A DNA stretch of 32,000 nucleotides from Candidatus Saccharimonadota bacterium (GTDB lineage: Bacteria > Patescibacteriota > Saccharimonadia > Saccharimonadales > UBA4665): the NCBI GenBank assembly GCA_016699935.1, contig CP064992.1, positions 780,001 to 812,000 of the forward strand, written 5' to 3'. Shown in pieces: positions 1 through 9,814 of this stretch. The notes under the pieces were generated by a model. That model ran no database searches. It worked only from the letters and a program-made list of their open reading frames with translations, and was not told where the DNA came from. The position numbers and the translations under genes were made by a program. Every line of letters starts with the position of its first letter. The stretch's first letter is position 1.

Positions 1-50
1 GTGGGCAAGCGAACGAAAGCCATAAGATAAGACTGTTACGAAAACATCCT

Positions 51-643
51 GTGTTATGTTTGATACTTTTCTGTACGGCAGTTATTTTATGGTGGCCGAC
101 AGTTTATACCAATCTCGTAACACGCTCTGAGCGGTTTGAGCTAAGCCGCTATTCTATGCAAAAGCTACCAAAAAGACTACGGCATTGTGCTAGGCGCGGG
201 TTTAAAAACTCTGGCACCGAACCATCACCATATTTACAGTGGCGAATAGAAACAGCCGTCAAGCTGTACCAAGCAGGTAAGGTACACAGGCTACTAATGA
301 CCGGCGATGGTAGCTATGCAGATCACGACGAGCCAAACATTATGAAAAAGGTAGCTCTGGAGCTTGGTGTGCCGGAAAATGATATTGAGGTTGATAAATT
401 TGGCTTTGATACCTATGATTCCTGCGTTCGGGCACACGATAGGCGTGAGGTAAAAGCGCCATCGTGGTGACCCAGGGCTACCACCTGCCCAGAGCTGTTT
501 ACACGTGCCAATCTGCTGGAATTGACACGATTGGCGTAAATGCTCAAACTGGATCGGGTAGGTCGGTTTCGGCCTATGATGTCTTTCGGGAATGGCTGTC
601 TACGGATAAACTATTTGTTCAACTTTTGAAAAATAAAGTATAA
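51..643 (+). CDS. SanA/YdcF-type DUF218 membrane protein, frame-broken as sequenced (>=3 shifts; possibly a pseudogene)
   Basis: ORF 51..470 carries GTEPSPYLQWRIETAVKLYQAGKVHRLLMTGDG and DTYDSCVRAHD. The expected KDYGIVLGAGLK segment reads in another frame between A5 runs at 170-174 and 204-208. The C-terminus KSAIVVTQGYHLPRAVYTCQSAGIDTIGV...LLKNKV reads in a third frame to TAA 641-643. The frame is also open upstream of 51 to the window edge, so the start is uncertain. Confidence 0.55.
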
Positions 644-746
644 AAATCTTCTGTTTGCGTGTGCAAAATAAGGAATTTTACAGATATGATTACAACAAAG
701 CGTATAATACTTGATTGCTCCCAAACAAAATGAGGAAGACAATAAA

Positions 747-1244
747 ATGAGCAAAACTATTACTGTAATTGACACACTGCAGAACTACCAATACCAGCTG
801 GATGCCCCAGAGGGACGGCAATTTGCTGATGATTTCAAGCCAGACTTAACGCCACGACAAATGCTGGAGCTGGGGGTTTTTAGCCACTATTTTGAGGGTG
901 AGCAGGCAGAGTTTCCCGCAAAATGGTTTGCACATGCGCGACTATCAGCTATTCACGACCCCAAAATAAACTACTTTCAGGTAGATGCTAGCCAGACTAG
1001 GGAGGAATGGCAGCGAAAGGGTTGGATATATGCCGAAGATCCCAGGGGATGGTTCCAGTGGTACTGCCGATATTATTTGGGTCGCCGGATCCCAAGTGAA
1101 GACACCAGACAGATCAACAGATGGAAAAACATGTCACGGCACGTTTCCCAGGTGAAAAAGTACTGTAAAGCCGGTGATGAACTGTGTCGCCCGCGTCAGC
1201 GCCAAGCATTGTTACATTGGGCATATGACAGCCGCAAACTATAG
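747..1244 (+). CDS. conserved hypothetical protein (DPRGWFQWYCRYYLGRR motif; family not recognised)
   Basis: Intact ORF 711..1244. I prefer ATG 747 (MSKTITV), which is preceded by purine-rich GAGGAAGA. The sequence has no low complexity and looks like a globular conserved protein. I cannot name the family from memory. Confidence 0.6.
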   Translation: MSKTITVIDTLQNYQYQLDAPEGRQFADDFKPDLTPRQMLELGVFSHYFEGEQAEFPAKWFAHARLSAIHDPKINYFQVDASQTREEWQRKGWIYAEDPRGWFQWYCRYYLGRRIPSEDTRQINRWKNMSRHVSQVKKYCKAGDELCRPRQRQALLHWAYDSRKL

Positions 1245-1304
1245 TAAACGAGGGTAGTTTAAAAGACGTAAGGTGTGTACAATAGTTGGAAAAGAGGAGC
1301 AAGA

Positions 1305-4057
1305 ATGGCGACGAAAAATAATCGGTCTTTGAGTAATAAAAATATGGGACAGAAACTACGTCCTTTACAGAGATTTGCAATGTTTTTCTTTAGCCGTTCG
1401 AAACTGACGGCCGCTATGGCTCTGACGATTGCAGCCTTCGGTGTGCTGAGTTATACGACATTGCTGAAACGAGAAGGCTTCCCACCAATTAGTGTGCCTT
1501 ATGCCATTGGTCAGGCTACTTATTTTGTGAATGATGCCAGTCAGGTTGACCGTGAGCTAGCCAAACCAGTCAGCGAATTTCTGATGAAGCAGTCAGACGT
1601 CAAGACGGTCCAGACCAACAGCTTGGGCAATTTTGCGACGGTAATCGTACAGTACAAAGAAAAACAGATTCGACCGGTCGTAGTCTGGCTCTGCAAAAGC
1701 CATGGTTGAAAAGGGTATATTGCCAGCTGGAGCAAAACTAAAGTTTGAAGCAGCACGATTTGGTTTTACCGAGCGTGGCGATGATGCAGTTGTGTCCTTT
1801 TTCTCGACAAAAAATGCTGCTTTACCAGAACCAGATCTTGTCCCGGCTGCCTCACAGGCTGCCAAGTTTATAAAAGATCAAAAGCTAAGTTTTGTTAAGG
1901 ACGCTTCGATCATTAACCCTATCGAGCAAGCGCAAAATCCCATTACAGGTGAGACCCAAAATGTCCAGAGCCGTTTCGAAAGATTTGGTGAGCGTTCTGG
2001 TGATAAGACAGCCTTCTACAGTTCGGTACCGATTGGCGCTAGCATCGTAAAGGGCGGAGATGTCGTAAAGTTTGGCGATCAGCTTCAAGAGGCGGTTGAT
2101 GCCTATAACCGCAAAAACAAATCAAGTGGTTTTGCTATGCGTGTGAGCGCTAGTTTTGCGCCAAGCATTCGGCAGCAGATAAGTGAACTGCAAAAAACAT
2201 TGCTCGAAGGTCTTTTAGCTGTGCTGGTGATTGGTTCAATCGTCATCGCGGTACGCGCTTCGGTCATCACTGTGCTGTCGATGGTGACAGTTATACTGGC
2301 AACGCTCGGTGTGCTCGAGCTCATCGGCTACACCCTAAATACTATTTCTTTATTTGCCCTTATTTTGAGTCTGTCACTGATTGTTGACGATACTATTATT
2401 GTAGTAGAAGCACTTGATGCTCAGCGCAAACGTAAAAACGACCCGGATGATATCGTCAAAACAGCCATCGGTAAGGTAGGCCGCGCTATGATTGCAGCTA
2501 CCTCTACGGCAGCACTTAGCTTTGCTCCGCTGCTTTTTGTCGGCGGGATATTGGGAAGTTTTATCCGTGTTATGCCTGTGACTATCATATCGGCGCTAGT
2601 CATTAGCCTCTTGGTGGCGCTTATTTTCATCCCGTTTTATGCCAGGTACATTATGTTAGGCAAAAAACACATAGGTGCCAAGGCAGAGCATGAACTTGCG
2701 GCCGATTTCGAAGCTCGCGTGGCGCGCTGGTTAGTGAAACCGATGCTGTGGGCGCAACACAGCAAGCGTAAACTATTTGGCGTCGGACTAGCAGCCATTG
2801 TGCTTAGCTTTGCATTTATCGGCACTGGTGGCTATCTTTTCAGAAGGTAACTTTCAATATTTTCCCGCCCTCCAAAGATACTAACCAGATTGCCACGACG
2901 CTACGCTTCCCGACAGGTACCACGATTGAGCAAGCCGAAGTAATCAACGATAACGCTATGGAAAAGGTAAAAACTGTTCTAGGTGAAGATTTTGTATCCG
3001 GTGCGAATTATGGTATTGCCAACGCCCAGTCTGCCCAGTTTTACATAGACCTAAAAGATTATAACAAGAGGAAAACGACAGCTCCGCAGTATGTCACTCA
3101 ACTTAAAGCTGCTTTCAAAGACTTTACGCAAGCCCAGTTTAGTGTCAATAGTGTCGATGCCGGTCCGCCAGCCTCAGACTTCACAGCCCGAATATCCTCG
3201 AATGTGAACCGGCCAGCCGCCGAAAAACTAGCAGCCGATATTGCCAGCTACCTTAAAACAGCCGACATCAAGCGTATAGATGGCAGCAAGGTGAAGATAG
3301 AGACTGTTTCGGTTGACAATGCCGATGTGTTGACGCGTGTTGATAGCAAAGCTTTTGTAGGTATTACGGCCAAGTTTGTCGATAGTGACACAACAGCACT
3401 AGTTACGCTAACCCAGAAGGCTGTCGAAGACAAATTTACGGATAAGAAAGTTGCCAGTTATGGTCTTGCAAAGGACGCAATTAGCTTCAATTTTGGCCAG
3501 GAAAGCGAAAATCAAGACAGTTTCAAGACGCTCGCAGTGGCATTTCCGCTTGTTCTAATGGTCATTTACATAGTACTTTGCAGCCCAGTTCCGAAGTCTG
3601 TTGCAGCCACTGCTAATTTTTATGGCTATACCGTTTAGCCTATTTGGAATAACGCTTGGCCTGTGGCTGACAGATAACGCTTTTAGTTTCTTTGCCATGC
3701 TCGGTTTCTTTGCACTCATCGGCTTGAGCATCAAGAATACAATATTACTCACCGACTATGCCAATCAGTCGCGTCGAGCCGGTATGAACCCAGTCGATGC
3801 GGCGCACGAAGCCTTGGCCGAGCGGTTCCGTCCGCTGATAGCGACAAGCCTAACCGCCATCGTCTCTATCATCCCTCTGGCGCTGACAAGTCCGTTTTGG
3901 CAGGGGCGAAGCGGTAGTCCTGATGTTTGGACTGCTTTCTAGCACGCTCATGGTGGTGACGGTTTTCCCATATTACTACCTGGCGGGCGAGTTTCTACGC
4001 GGCGTATTCCGCCGCCGCATTGCACTGCCGCTGAAACGACGATTGCGTCGAGCCTAA
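1305..4057 (+). CDS. RND (AcrB/AcrD/AcrF-type) efflux transporter permease, frame-broken as sequenced (>=5 shifts)
   Basis: Pieces 1275..1709, 1702..2850, 2958..3638 and 3601..3942, plus an untracked tail to TAA 4055-4057, are colinear with RND permeases (LSLIVDDTIIVVEALD, IGLSIKNTILLTDYA; VLAAQFRSLLQPLLIFMAIPFSLFG after repair). A GAGGAG SD at 1294-1299 precedes ATG 1305. Breaks fall at A5 1660-1664, A4 1695-1698, T4 2837-2840, T3 3577-3579 and G4 3903-3906. Confidence 0.85.
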
Positions 4058-4084
4058 GAGCCAAAACGGAGGTTACCATAAACC

Positions 4085-4621
4085 ATGCAGCATAATCAGC
4101 ACACATCACCTATAAACAACGGACCGTTTGCGGTTTTAAAACGCATCTTGTCTGGCCAGCCTGCTTTTGAAGCGAAACAAGTGCAGCTCGGTAGTGATGC
4201 ACAGGCAGAACAAGGAGTCGGGCAAGGAGTGAACCAATATTTGCAGTCGTCAGGACGTAAAATATATCCGGTGGTGAAGGTAGCAAGCGCACATTTTCAC
4301 CGCAGCGGCGATCACTCTGAGCTGCGTGTGCATATTCATAATGCATCTCATTTTGACATTCAGCTCGATAAAATCAAGCTGCTAGGTCGCACGGTCGAGC
4401 TTGACCGAAACCTGTCGCCGCATGGTAGCGCGGAATTTCTTGTGTATCAGGGCCACTCATTTCAGGCTCGTCCCGATACTCGCGCGGAACTGGTCTATCA
4501 AATCATCGGTTCGAATGATTATTTCATGAACCCACACGATATTATGTTCCGCCAAGAGTCTGACGGAGTATTCCTTGTGACAGAATTGCGCAGCCGCGAT
4601 AATCTCATAACCGACGTGTAA
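4085..4621 (+). CDS. hypothetical protein (178 aa)
   Basis: Intact ORF with a GGAGG SD at about 4068-4072. It lies 27 nt after the RND stop. I recognise no motif. Confidence 0.6.
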   Translation: MQHNQHTSPINNGPFAVLKRILSGQPAFEAKQVQLGSDAQAEQGVGQGVNQYLQSSGRKIYPVVKVASAHFHRSGDHSELRVHIHNASHFDIQLDKIKLLGRTVELDRNLSPHGSAEFLVYQGHSFQARPDTRAELVYQIIGSNDYFMNPHDIMFRQESDGVFLVTELRSRDNLITDV

Positions 4622-4686
4622 AATGCTGTCTGCTAAGTAAAAATTATGGTACATTTGAGGTAGTAGGGTGAAATAAGGAGAAAACC

Positions 4687-5322
4687 ATGTCAGAGCATAA
4701 ACTCAATAAAACCGAAAAAGTTGACACGACCGACTATAGCGCAAGCACGACCGATACGCGAGTACTGAAGGAACGAAACGCCTACGATCACCCAGGTTTT
4801 TTCCTGCGTGGGGCAGGTTGGATAGTCGCGCGGTTTCCACTGACACGCCACAAGTACCAAAACTGGACGACGAGCCGCACCATCATTGTCGGCTGGTTAC
4901 TCTGGCTCATTATACTACCGATTATCCCGATTGTTGCGGCAGTAATTTGGTATGTGCGAGATCCAGAAGGTTTCAAAAAGAGCCCATGGGCAAAAGCTCT
5001 GCTCGGACTAGCAGTGGCATGGGCGGGCTACGCTGGTGTGATACTGACGAACCCTTCTCAGGCGAATGTGAACGGTAAATACTCACCGGTCCAAACGCAG
5101 CCAAATGGTGAGGTAAAGGGTAAAGCCGATACGCTGAACACGGCGAGTGCTGAGGCGATGAAAAAAGTTGAAGCGCAAAAGGAAAGCAAAGATTCTGGTG
5201 GTCGTAAGTTTGCAAACTGTACGGCGGCATTTGAAGCGGGCGTCTTTAACATCAAACGTTCAAACGCCAGCTACGAACCGCGCCTTGACCGTGACAGCGA
5301 TGGCATTGCGTGCGAGAAATAG
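4687..5322 (+). CDS. membrane protein with C-terminal Excalibur calcium-binding domain
   Basis: AAGGAG SD at 4675-4680. Two hydrophobic helices are present (IIVGWLLWLIILPIIPIVAAVIWY, ALLGLAVAWAGYAGVIL). The C-terminus FANCTAAFEAGV...RLDRDSDGIACEK matches the Excalibur DxDxDGxxCE signature. Confidence 0.8.
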   Translation: MSEHKLNKTEKVDTTDYSASTTDTRVLKERNAYDHPGFFLRGAGWIVARFPLTRHKYQNWTTSRTIIVGWLLWLIILPIIPIVAAVIWYVRDPEGFKKSPWAKALLGLAVAWAGYAGVILTNPSQANVNGKYSPVQTQPNGEVKGKADTLNTASAEAMKKVEAQKESKDSGGRKFANCTAAFEAGVFNIKRSNASYEPRLDRDSDGIACEK

Positions 5323-5324
5323 CC

Positions 5325-6023
5325 ATGGACATTAAACAAATCCTCCTAGAGCAGCTCTCTGGTGCCGCAGCCGAAAAACTTGGGTCACGAAACGGACTGG
5401 ACCAAGCAAGCACAAATGGTGCGATGGACTCAGCTTTAACGGCGATACTGAGTGGCTTGCAGCAGGAAGCTGGTAGCAAAAAAGGAGCTAATAAGCTCGA
5501 TACGGCAATCGCCAAAGACCACAGCGGCTCCATTCTTGACAATCTTGCCGGTGCCGTCGACAGTGATACAACGAAACTTGATGGCGGCAAAATCCTTGAA
5601 CACATTTTTGGGAAGAATACTAATAATGTCACTGATAGTGTGGCGCAGAATTCAGGCGTTAGTGGTGCTGCAGCGAGCGATATACTGACGACACTTGCGC
5701 CGATTGTCCTAGGCCAGATTGGCAAACAGAAACAATCAGAGGGGCTTGACGTTGGAGGTCTCGTGAATATTTTGCTTGGACAAAAGGGTGGCAAGGGTGA
5801 CGGTGGTCTTGGGGACGTAGTCTCTGGCATGTTCAACAAAAAGAATGCCGGCCTCCTCGCGCTTATTTTGGGATTTCTGAAACTGTTCTTGCGCAAAAAA
5901 GTGATTCTGACACGAGCTCCGCACTCTGAGCAGGCTGGCTGGTGCGAAAAATCGTGTCTGATAGAAGTAGATAACACATCAACACAACCGTCTTTTCAGT
6001 GGTACAATGCTTGGTATGGTTGA
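5325..6023 (+). CDS. DUF937-like protein; 3' end uncertain
   Basis: The sequence MDIKQILLEQLSG...LDTAIAKDHSGSILDNL...GGKILEHIFG...AASDILTTLAPIVLGQI has the glycine-rich repeat architecture typical of DUF937. After the A6 run at about 5896 the tail looks non-native. A +/-1 change there would end the protein near 5900. Confidence 0.6.
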   Translation: MDIKQILLEQLSGAAAEKLGSRNGLDQASTNGAMDSALTAILSGLQQEAGSKKGANKLDTAIAKDHSGSILDNLAGAVDSDTTKLDGGKILEHIFGKNTNNVTDSVAQNSGVSGAAASDILTTLAPIVLGQIGKQKQSEGLDVGGLVNILLGQKGGKGDGGLGDVVSGMFNKKNAGLLALILGFLKLFLRKKVILTRAPHSEQAGWCEKSCLIEVDNTSTQPSFQWYNAWYG

Positions 6024-7023
6024 AGATACAGCAGCGGAGCAACAACAAAAAGCAGTGGATTCCTACCAAGAAACAGATGTATTTGCGTGGGCAAATAACC
6101 TGGTGCAGTACAAAGACGAACTCAAGATTGAACTCTTTTTTATCTCAAAAAACTATGTGCTCTACCGTACGGCGATGGCGGATGGGCTCAAAAAGCAACT
6201 TGAGCCAATCTTTATTGATGATTTACTCGACTATGTGTTGGAAGGGGCCGATAAAGGGCTTATTGTCCGGGGCTTCGAAGATGCCGAGGCTGAAAGCAAT
6301 GTGTTGCAGCGCACCCAAGTGTTTAAGGTAGAAAAACTTCGCGAGACGCTAGGTTGGTTGCATACTCAGGAGCGCGAAATAGTGTTGTTTAAAGATGAAG
6401 AGCACGACATAAACCACATGAAGGGTGTGCTCGCGCGTGTTTCACACCCGGAGATGGATAAGCCATTTTACCTCGCAAAGGTTTTGCCAAAATCCCAGGT
6501 GATGAAGGGCAAACAGGGATGGATGCTCCGCGCCGATAAATTCGTTCCCTTTGATGCTGAAGCGGCACTTCGCTTACCGACTGACCCTCAGCTGCTTGTG
6601 CTGGACCAAGATTTGTATGTATTCAACCAAAGCAAACTAAAAACACTGTTTGGATATGATGCCAAAGAAGCTAGTATCGCCGAGGCGAAAGTGCGCGAAA
6701 TAATGGAGACTTATGGGTTGAGTTTTCCTGAAGGGGTGGGTATGAATGCGCTCCTCAAAGGTAAAAAGCAGCTTATCCAGAAGCTGCAAAAGCTCGAAGT
6801 GGGTAAAGTCACGCAAGAGAAGGCTCTCGAATACGCCGAAGATATGGATCTGCAGCTTATGCCAGACGAGCAAGGAAAGATTATCATCCTGGACGAAAAA
6901 GACCTGACGACGTTCGTAAACATTATCAATGATGACTACTGGGAGTCACCGCTCACCGGTGAACGCTACGAAATCATCAAAAAGCGTCCACTTCGTGTCA
7001 AAGACGACGAAGCCGAGGTATAG
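6007..7023 (+). CDS. DUF4868/KwaB-like protein (tentative family call)
   Basis: Intact 338 aa ORF. Its size and alternating beta/alpha-like pattern resemble my recollection of DUF4868 (Kiwa KwaB), e.g. LFFISKNYVLYR, REIVLFKDEE, LLVLDQDLYVFNQSKLKTLFGY. TACAAT at 6003-6008 sits 7 nt before the second ATG at 6016, so the real start may be 6016 (leaderless). Confidence 0.45.
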   Translation: MLGMVEDTAAEQQQKAVDSYQETDVFAWANNLVQYKDELKIELFFISKNYVLYRTAMADGLKKQLEPIFIDDLLDYVLEGADKGLIVRGFEDAEAESNVLQRTQVFKVEKLRETLGWLHTQEREIVLFKDEEHDINHMKGVLARVSHPEMDKPFYLAKVLPKSQVMKGKQGWMLRADKFVPFDAEAALRLPTDPQLLVLDQDLYVFNQSKLKTLFGYDAKEASIAEAKVREIMETYGLSFPEGVGMNALLKGKKQLIQKLQKLEVGKVTQEKALEYAEDMDLQLMPDEQGKIIILDEKDLTTFVNIINDDYWESPLTGERYEIIKKRPLRVKDDEAEV

Positions 7024-7025
7024 GG

Positions 7026-7256
7026 GTGTCCGAACACATTGCAAAGGAAGGTAAGACCGAAAAAGCAGCTCGCTGGTACCGTAATGCCAATGCGCTTGGG
7101 GCGGCAGCTTGTTTTGCGGTCGGTGTTTTGGCGCCACCCGTCGCAGTTGCGGCAAATATTCTGGGTGCAGTAAACCTTGCGCAGGCTGCTGGCGGGGAAA
7201 TCGTCCGTCAGTCCGCTCGTAAACGCCGAAAAAATAACATACCGCGTACCAGTTGA
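7026..7256 (+). CDS. small membrane protein (76 aa), translationally coupled to the DUF4868-like gene
   Basis: The GTG start lies 2 nt after the upstream TAG stop, with a GAGG SD at 7014-7017. It has a hydrophobic hairpin (ALGAAACFAVGVLAPPVAVAANILGAVNLAQAAG) and a basic tail (RKRRKNN). It ends in TGA. Confidence 0.5.
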   Translation: MSEHIAKEGKTEKAARWYRNANALGAAACFAVGVLAPPVAVAANILGAVNLAQAAGGEIVRQSARKRRKNNIPRTS

Positions 7257-7307
7257 TTACACATTTCTGTGCCATCATCGCCTTCACGATTCTGTCACCA
7301 CGACCAC

Positions 7308-7336
7308 TTGAAAAATAAACGGTACGGCCGTACAAT
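7308..7336 (+). promoter_or_regulatory. sigma-70-type promoter TTGAAA-17-TACAAT; ATG 6 nt after the -10 (leaderless)
   Basis: TTGAAA at 7308-7313, TACAAT at 7331-7336, ATG at 7343. The spacer is occupied by palindrome copy 1. Confidence 0.6.
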
Positions 7337-7339
7337 TTA
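7316..7339. repeat. 24 nt palindrome family, copy 1: TAAACGGTACGGCCGTACAATTTA
   Basis: Read directly from the sequence. It lies between the -35 and -10 of the PaaX-like gene promoter. Confidence 0.9.
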
Positions 7340-7342
7340 AAA

Positions 7343-7924
7343 ATGGCTAAAAATGCGCAAACAAGTGCGCTGGTGGATGCAGTACTGAGGACGGTCGTGT
7401 TTGGTACGGCATTGACGGCGCTTATTCTGGCACCGAATGCCCTCATCGGTCGCGATGGGCCGATGAAACGAGCATTCGATGCGCTGGACAAAAGAGCTCA
7501 AGAGCGAGAGATTGCTCGGGTGCTCGCATATATGCGCAGTAAGAAGCTACTGGCTGAAAACTATCAAAACGGACTTGAAATAACCACACTTGGACGGTTG
7601 CGTCTAAAGCGTTTGGAGTACGAAAAGCTTTTTATACCAATACCAGAGGTGTGGGACGGGCAGTGGCGGCTTGTTCTCTTTGATATTCCTGAGGAACACA
7701 AACGAGAGCGTCGACTGTTTACCGATAAAATCAAGCAGCTCGGATTTCGGTATTTGCAACAGAGCGTGTGGGTGCATCCGTTTGAGTCCCGGCAAGAAAT
7801 CACACTCGTTACTGAAAAACTCGAAATAAGCCGCTACGTTACCTACATCATCACCAGCCACATCGATCATGAGGCTGTCTTGATCGATCGCTTCAAGTCA
7901 GCTTTCACCCCTGAAAAGATTTAA
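7343..7924 (+). CDS. PaaX-family-like transcriptional regulator (wHTH plus Cas2/VapD-fold C-terminal domain)
   Basis: WDGQWRLVLFDIPEEHKRERRLFTDKIKQLGFRYLQQSVWVHPF matches the PaaX C-domain signature. It is preceded by a wHTH-like segment (REIARVLAYMRSKKLL...LEITTLGRLRL) and an N-terminal hydrophobic segment. Confidence 0.7.
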   Translation: MAKNAQTSALVDAVLRTVVFGTALTALILAPNALIGRDGPMKRAFDALDKRAQEREIARVLAYMRSKKLLAENYQNGLEITTLGRLRLKRLEYEKLFIPIPEVWDGQWRLVLFDIPEEHKRERRLFTDKIKQLGFRYLQQSVWVHPFESRQEITLVTEKLEISRYVTYIITSHIDHEAVLIDRFKSAFTPEKI

Positions 7925-7945
7925 ACCGTACGGCCATACGGTTTA
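7922..7945. repeat. 24 nt palindrome family, copy 2: TAAACCGTACGGCCATACGGTTTA
   Basis: It overlaps the TAA stop (7922-7924) of the PaaX-like gene and has one mismatch in the stem. Confidence 0.9.
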
Positions 7946-8197
7946 AAAGTAGGGTGAAACTATACTGGACTTACGCAAAATCGCACTGCATCCAGAGCCA
8001 TCTACCAGTGGTTCAGAAGACAGTTTATCTGGAGGAAGAGTAGCTGTAGCTACTTTGACGAGAAAAAACTGGCTTATGAACGCTGGTAATGGGTCTGGGG
8101 TGGTGGGAGTTTTGCGTAAGACCAATATATTGGGCTGGTGCGGGTAGGGCGACGTGGTGGAGGAGAAGAAATTGTGGAAAATACAATTGGTTAAGGG

Positions 8198-8225
8198 TTG
8201 CAGACAGGGCGGGGCAGGGTATACT
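8198..8225 (+). promoter_or_regulatory. promoter TTGCAG-16-TATACT upstream of the helicase gene
   Basis: TTGCAG at 8198-8203 and TATACT at 8220-8225. The leader is about 70 nt and ends in an AAGGAG SD at 8282-8287. Confidence 0.45.
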
Positions 8226-8296
8226 AAAAAGTACTTTCGGGGGCAGTGACGCCGATGAAGCACGATGTAAACGCATAGCGTAAGGAGATACTAGCA

Positions 8297-9814
8297 ATGA
8301 GACAGTCACAAGCACTCACTCTTATGATGGAAGGTCGGTCGGTTTTTCTGACCGGTGCACCTGGGGCGGGGAAGACGTACGTTTTGAACCAGTTTGTGCG
8401 CCTGGCAAAACAACGAGGTAAAAATGTGGCCGTGACGGCAAGTACGGGTATCGCCGCGACGCACATAGGGGGAAGTACGATTCATAGTTGGTCGGGACTA
8501 GGGATTCTTGATAGCCTGAGTCAGTATGACCTCGCGCGTTTAAGTGCTAAATCGAACCTAGTGAAGCGGTACAATGCTACGGATATCCTCGTCATTGACG
8601 AAGTTTCGATGCTGCATGGTCGGCGACTCGACATGGTAAATATGGTAGCAAAGAAGATACGGCAGAGCGAAGCGCCGTTTGGTGGGCTACAGGTAGTGCT
8701 CGTGGGTGATCTGTTCCAGCTACCACCGGTCACGCGGGGAAGTGACGCGGCAGATTTTGCGCATCAGAGTGCGGCGTGGCAAGAATTGCATCCAGCCATA
8801 TGCTACCTCAGTGAACAGCACCGTCAAGCGGTGGGTGATTCGCTGCTGGATTTACTCGGGGCGATGCGCCGCGGCGAAGTTAATGAGTTTCATGAAATGG
8901 CGCTTCGGGAACGGATGGCTGAGGTCACTCACGAAGCTCAGGCGGTCACGCGACTCTACGCACATAACATTGATGTCGATGCCATTAACCAGCGCCACCT
9001 CAAGGCAATTACGGAGTCAGCCCGAACATACACAATGGAGACAAAGGGTGCTAGCGCCAAGCGCGAACAGCTCATGAAAAGCGTGCTTGCGCCAGAGGTG
9101 CTGGAACTGAAAAAGGGCGCTGAAATAATGTTTGTCGCCAATAGCCAAAAGGGAAAGTTTGTGAATGGCACCCGCGGGGTTATCATGGATTTTGTTGACG
9201 GCGCACCATTGGTGGTCACGACTGGTGGCCGCGAAGTCTTGGTGGAGCCGCATAGTTGGTCGCTTGAGGAAGATGGGCGTGTGAAGGCGGAGGTGACTCA
9301 GCTGCCGCTACGACTTGCATGGGCGATTACCATTCATAAAAGCCAAGGAATGAGCCTGGACGCGGCCGAGATCGATCTGAGCCGTAGTTTTACTCCTGGC
9401 ATGGGTTACGTGGCACTGAGCCGCGTCCGAAGCATGGAAGGCATATACTTGGTGGGCATAAACCAGATGGCGCTCGCTATGCATCCGGTAGTGCACGAAT
9501 ACGATACGTGGCTCAGAGAGGCTTCTGAGCAAATGGCGCTAAAAACAGTCGATTTTACCGAAGATGTAAAGAAAAATGAGGTGGAATCGGCCCTTGATGA
9601 AGCGCTGCTCGCCGAGCTAAAAAAATGGCGCATTACCCAGGCGGCAAAAGAAAAAATCCCTCCCTATATGATTTTTCACGACACTACCCTACATGAGCTC
9701 GCCGCCCGCCGCCCCCAAACCACCCATGCCCTCCTGGCAGTAAAAGGCATGGGTAAAACCAAGCTTGATAAGTACGGCTCCGGCCTGCTGGGTATTATTA
9801 ACAAAAATAACTAG
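8297..9814 (+). CDS. Pif1/RecD-like SF1 ATP-dependent DNA helicase with C-terminal HRDC domain
   Basis: Intact 505 aa ORF with Walker A GAPGAGKT and Walker B ILVIDEVSM, plus LVGDLFQLPPV and AITIHKSQG motifs. The C-terminus LLAELKKWRITQAAKEKIPPYMIFHDTTLHELAARRPQT...GMGKTKLDKYG is HRDC-like. Confidence 0.85.
   Translation: MRQSQALTLMMEGRSVFLTGAPGAGKTYVLNQFVRLAKQRGKNVAVTASTGIAATHIGGSTIHSWSGLGILDSLSQYDLARLSAKSNLVKRYNATDILVIDEVSMLHGRRLDMVNMVAKKIRQSEAPFGGLQVVLVGDLFQLPPVTRGSDAADFAHQSAAWQELHPAICYLSEQHRQAVGDSLLDLLGAMRRGEVNEFHEMALRERMAEVTHEAQAVTRLYAHNIDVDAINQRHLKAITESARTYTMETKGASAKREQLMKSVLAPEVLELKKGAEIMFVANSQKGKFVNGTRGVIMDFVDGAPLVVTTGGREVLVEPHSWSLEEDGRVKAEVTQLPLRLAWAITIHKSQGMSLDAAEIDLSRSFTPGMGYVALSRVRSMEGIYLVGINQMALAMHPVVHEYDTWLREASEQMALKTVDFTEDVKKNEVESALDEALLAELKKWRITQAAKEKIPPYMIFHDTTLHELAARRPQTTHALLAVKGMGKTKLDKYGSGLLGIINKNN

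Noticed and set aside
4505-4516. tRNA T-loop-like GGTTCGAAT. I also searched generally for tRNA, tmRNA, RNase P and SRP hallmarks.
   Set aside because: The motif lies inside the 4085..4621 coding frame with no acceptor or anticodon arms around it. I found no GAGGAAAGTCC (RNase P), no tmRNA termini and no SRP GGAA-apex motif anywhere in the window.
5252-5977. 241 aa minus-strand ORF antisense to the DUF937 gene. Similar antisense ORFs lie at 6946..7491 and 7943..8315.
   Set aside because: They are Pro/Ser/Cys-rich, low-complexity translations lying opposite convincing + strand genes or G-rich spacers. They have no SD or promoter. These are shadow ORFs.
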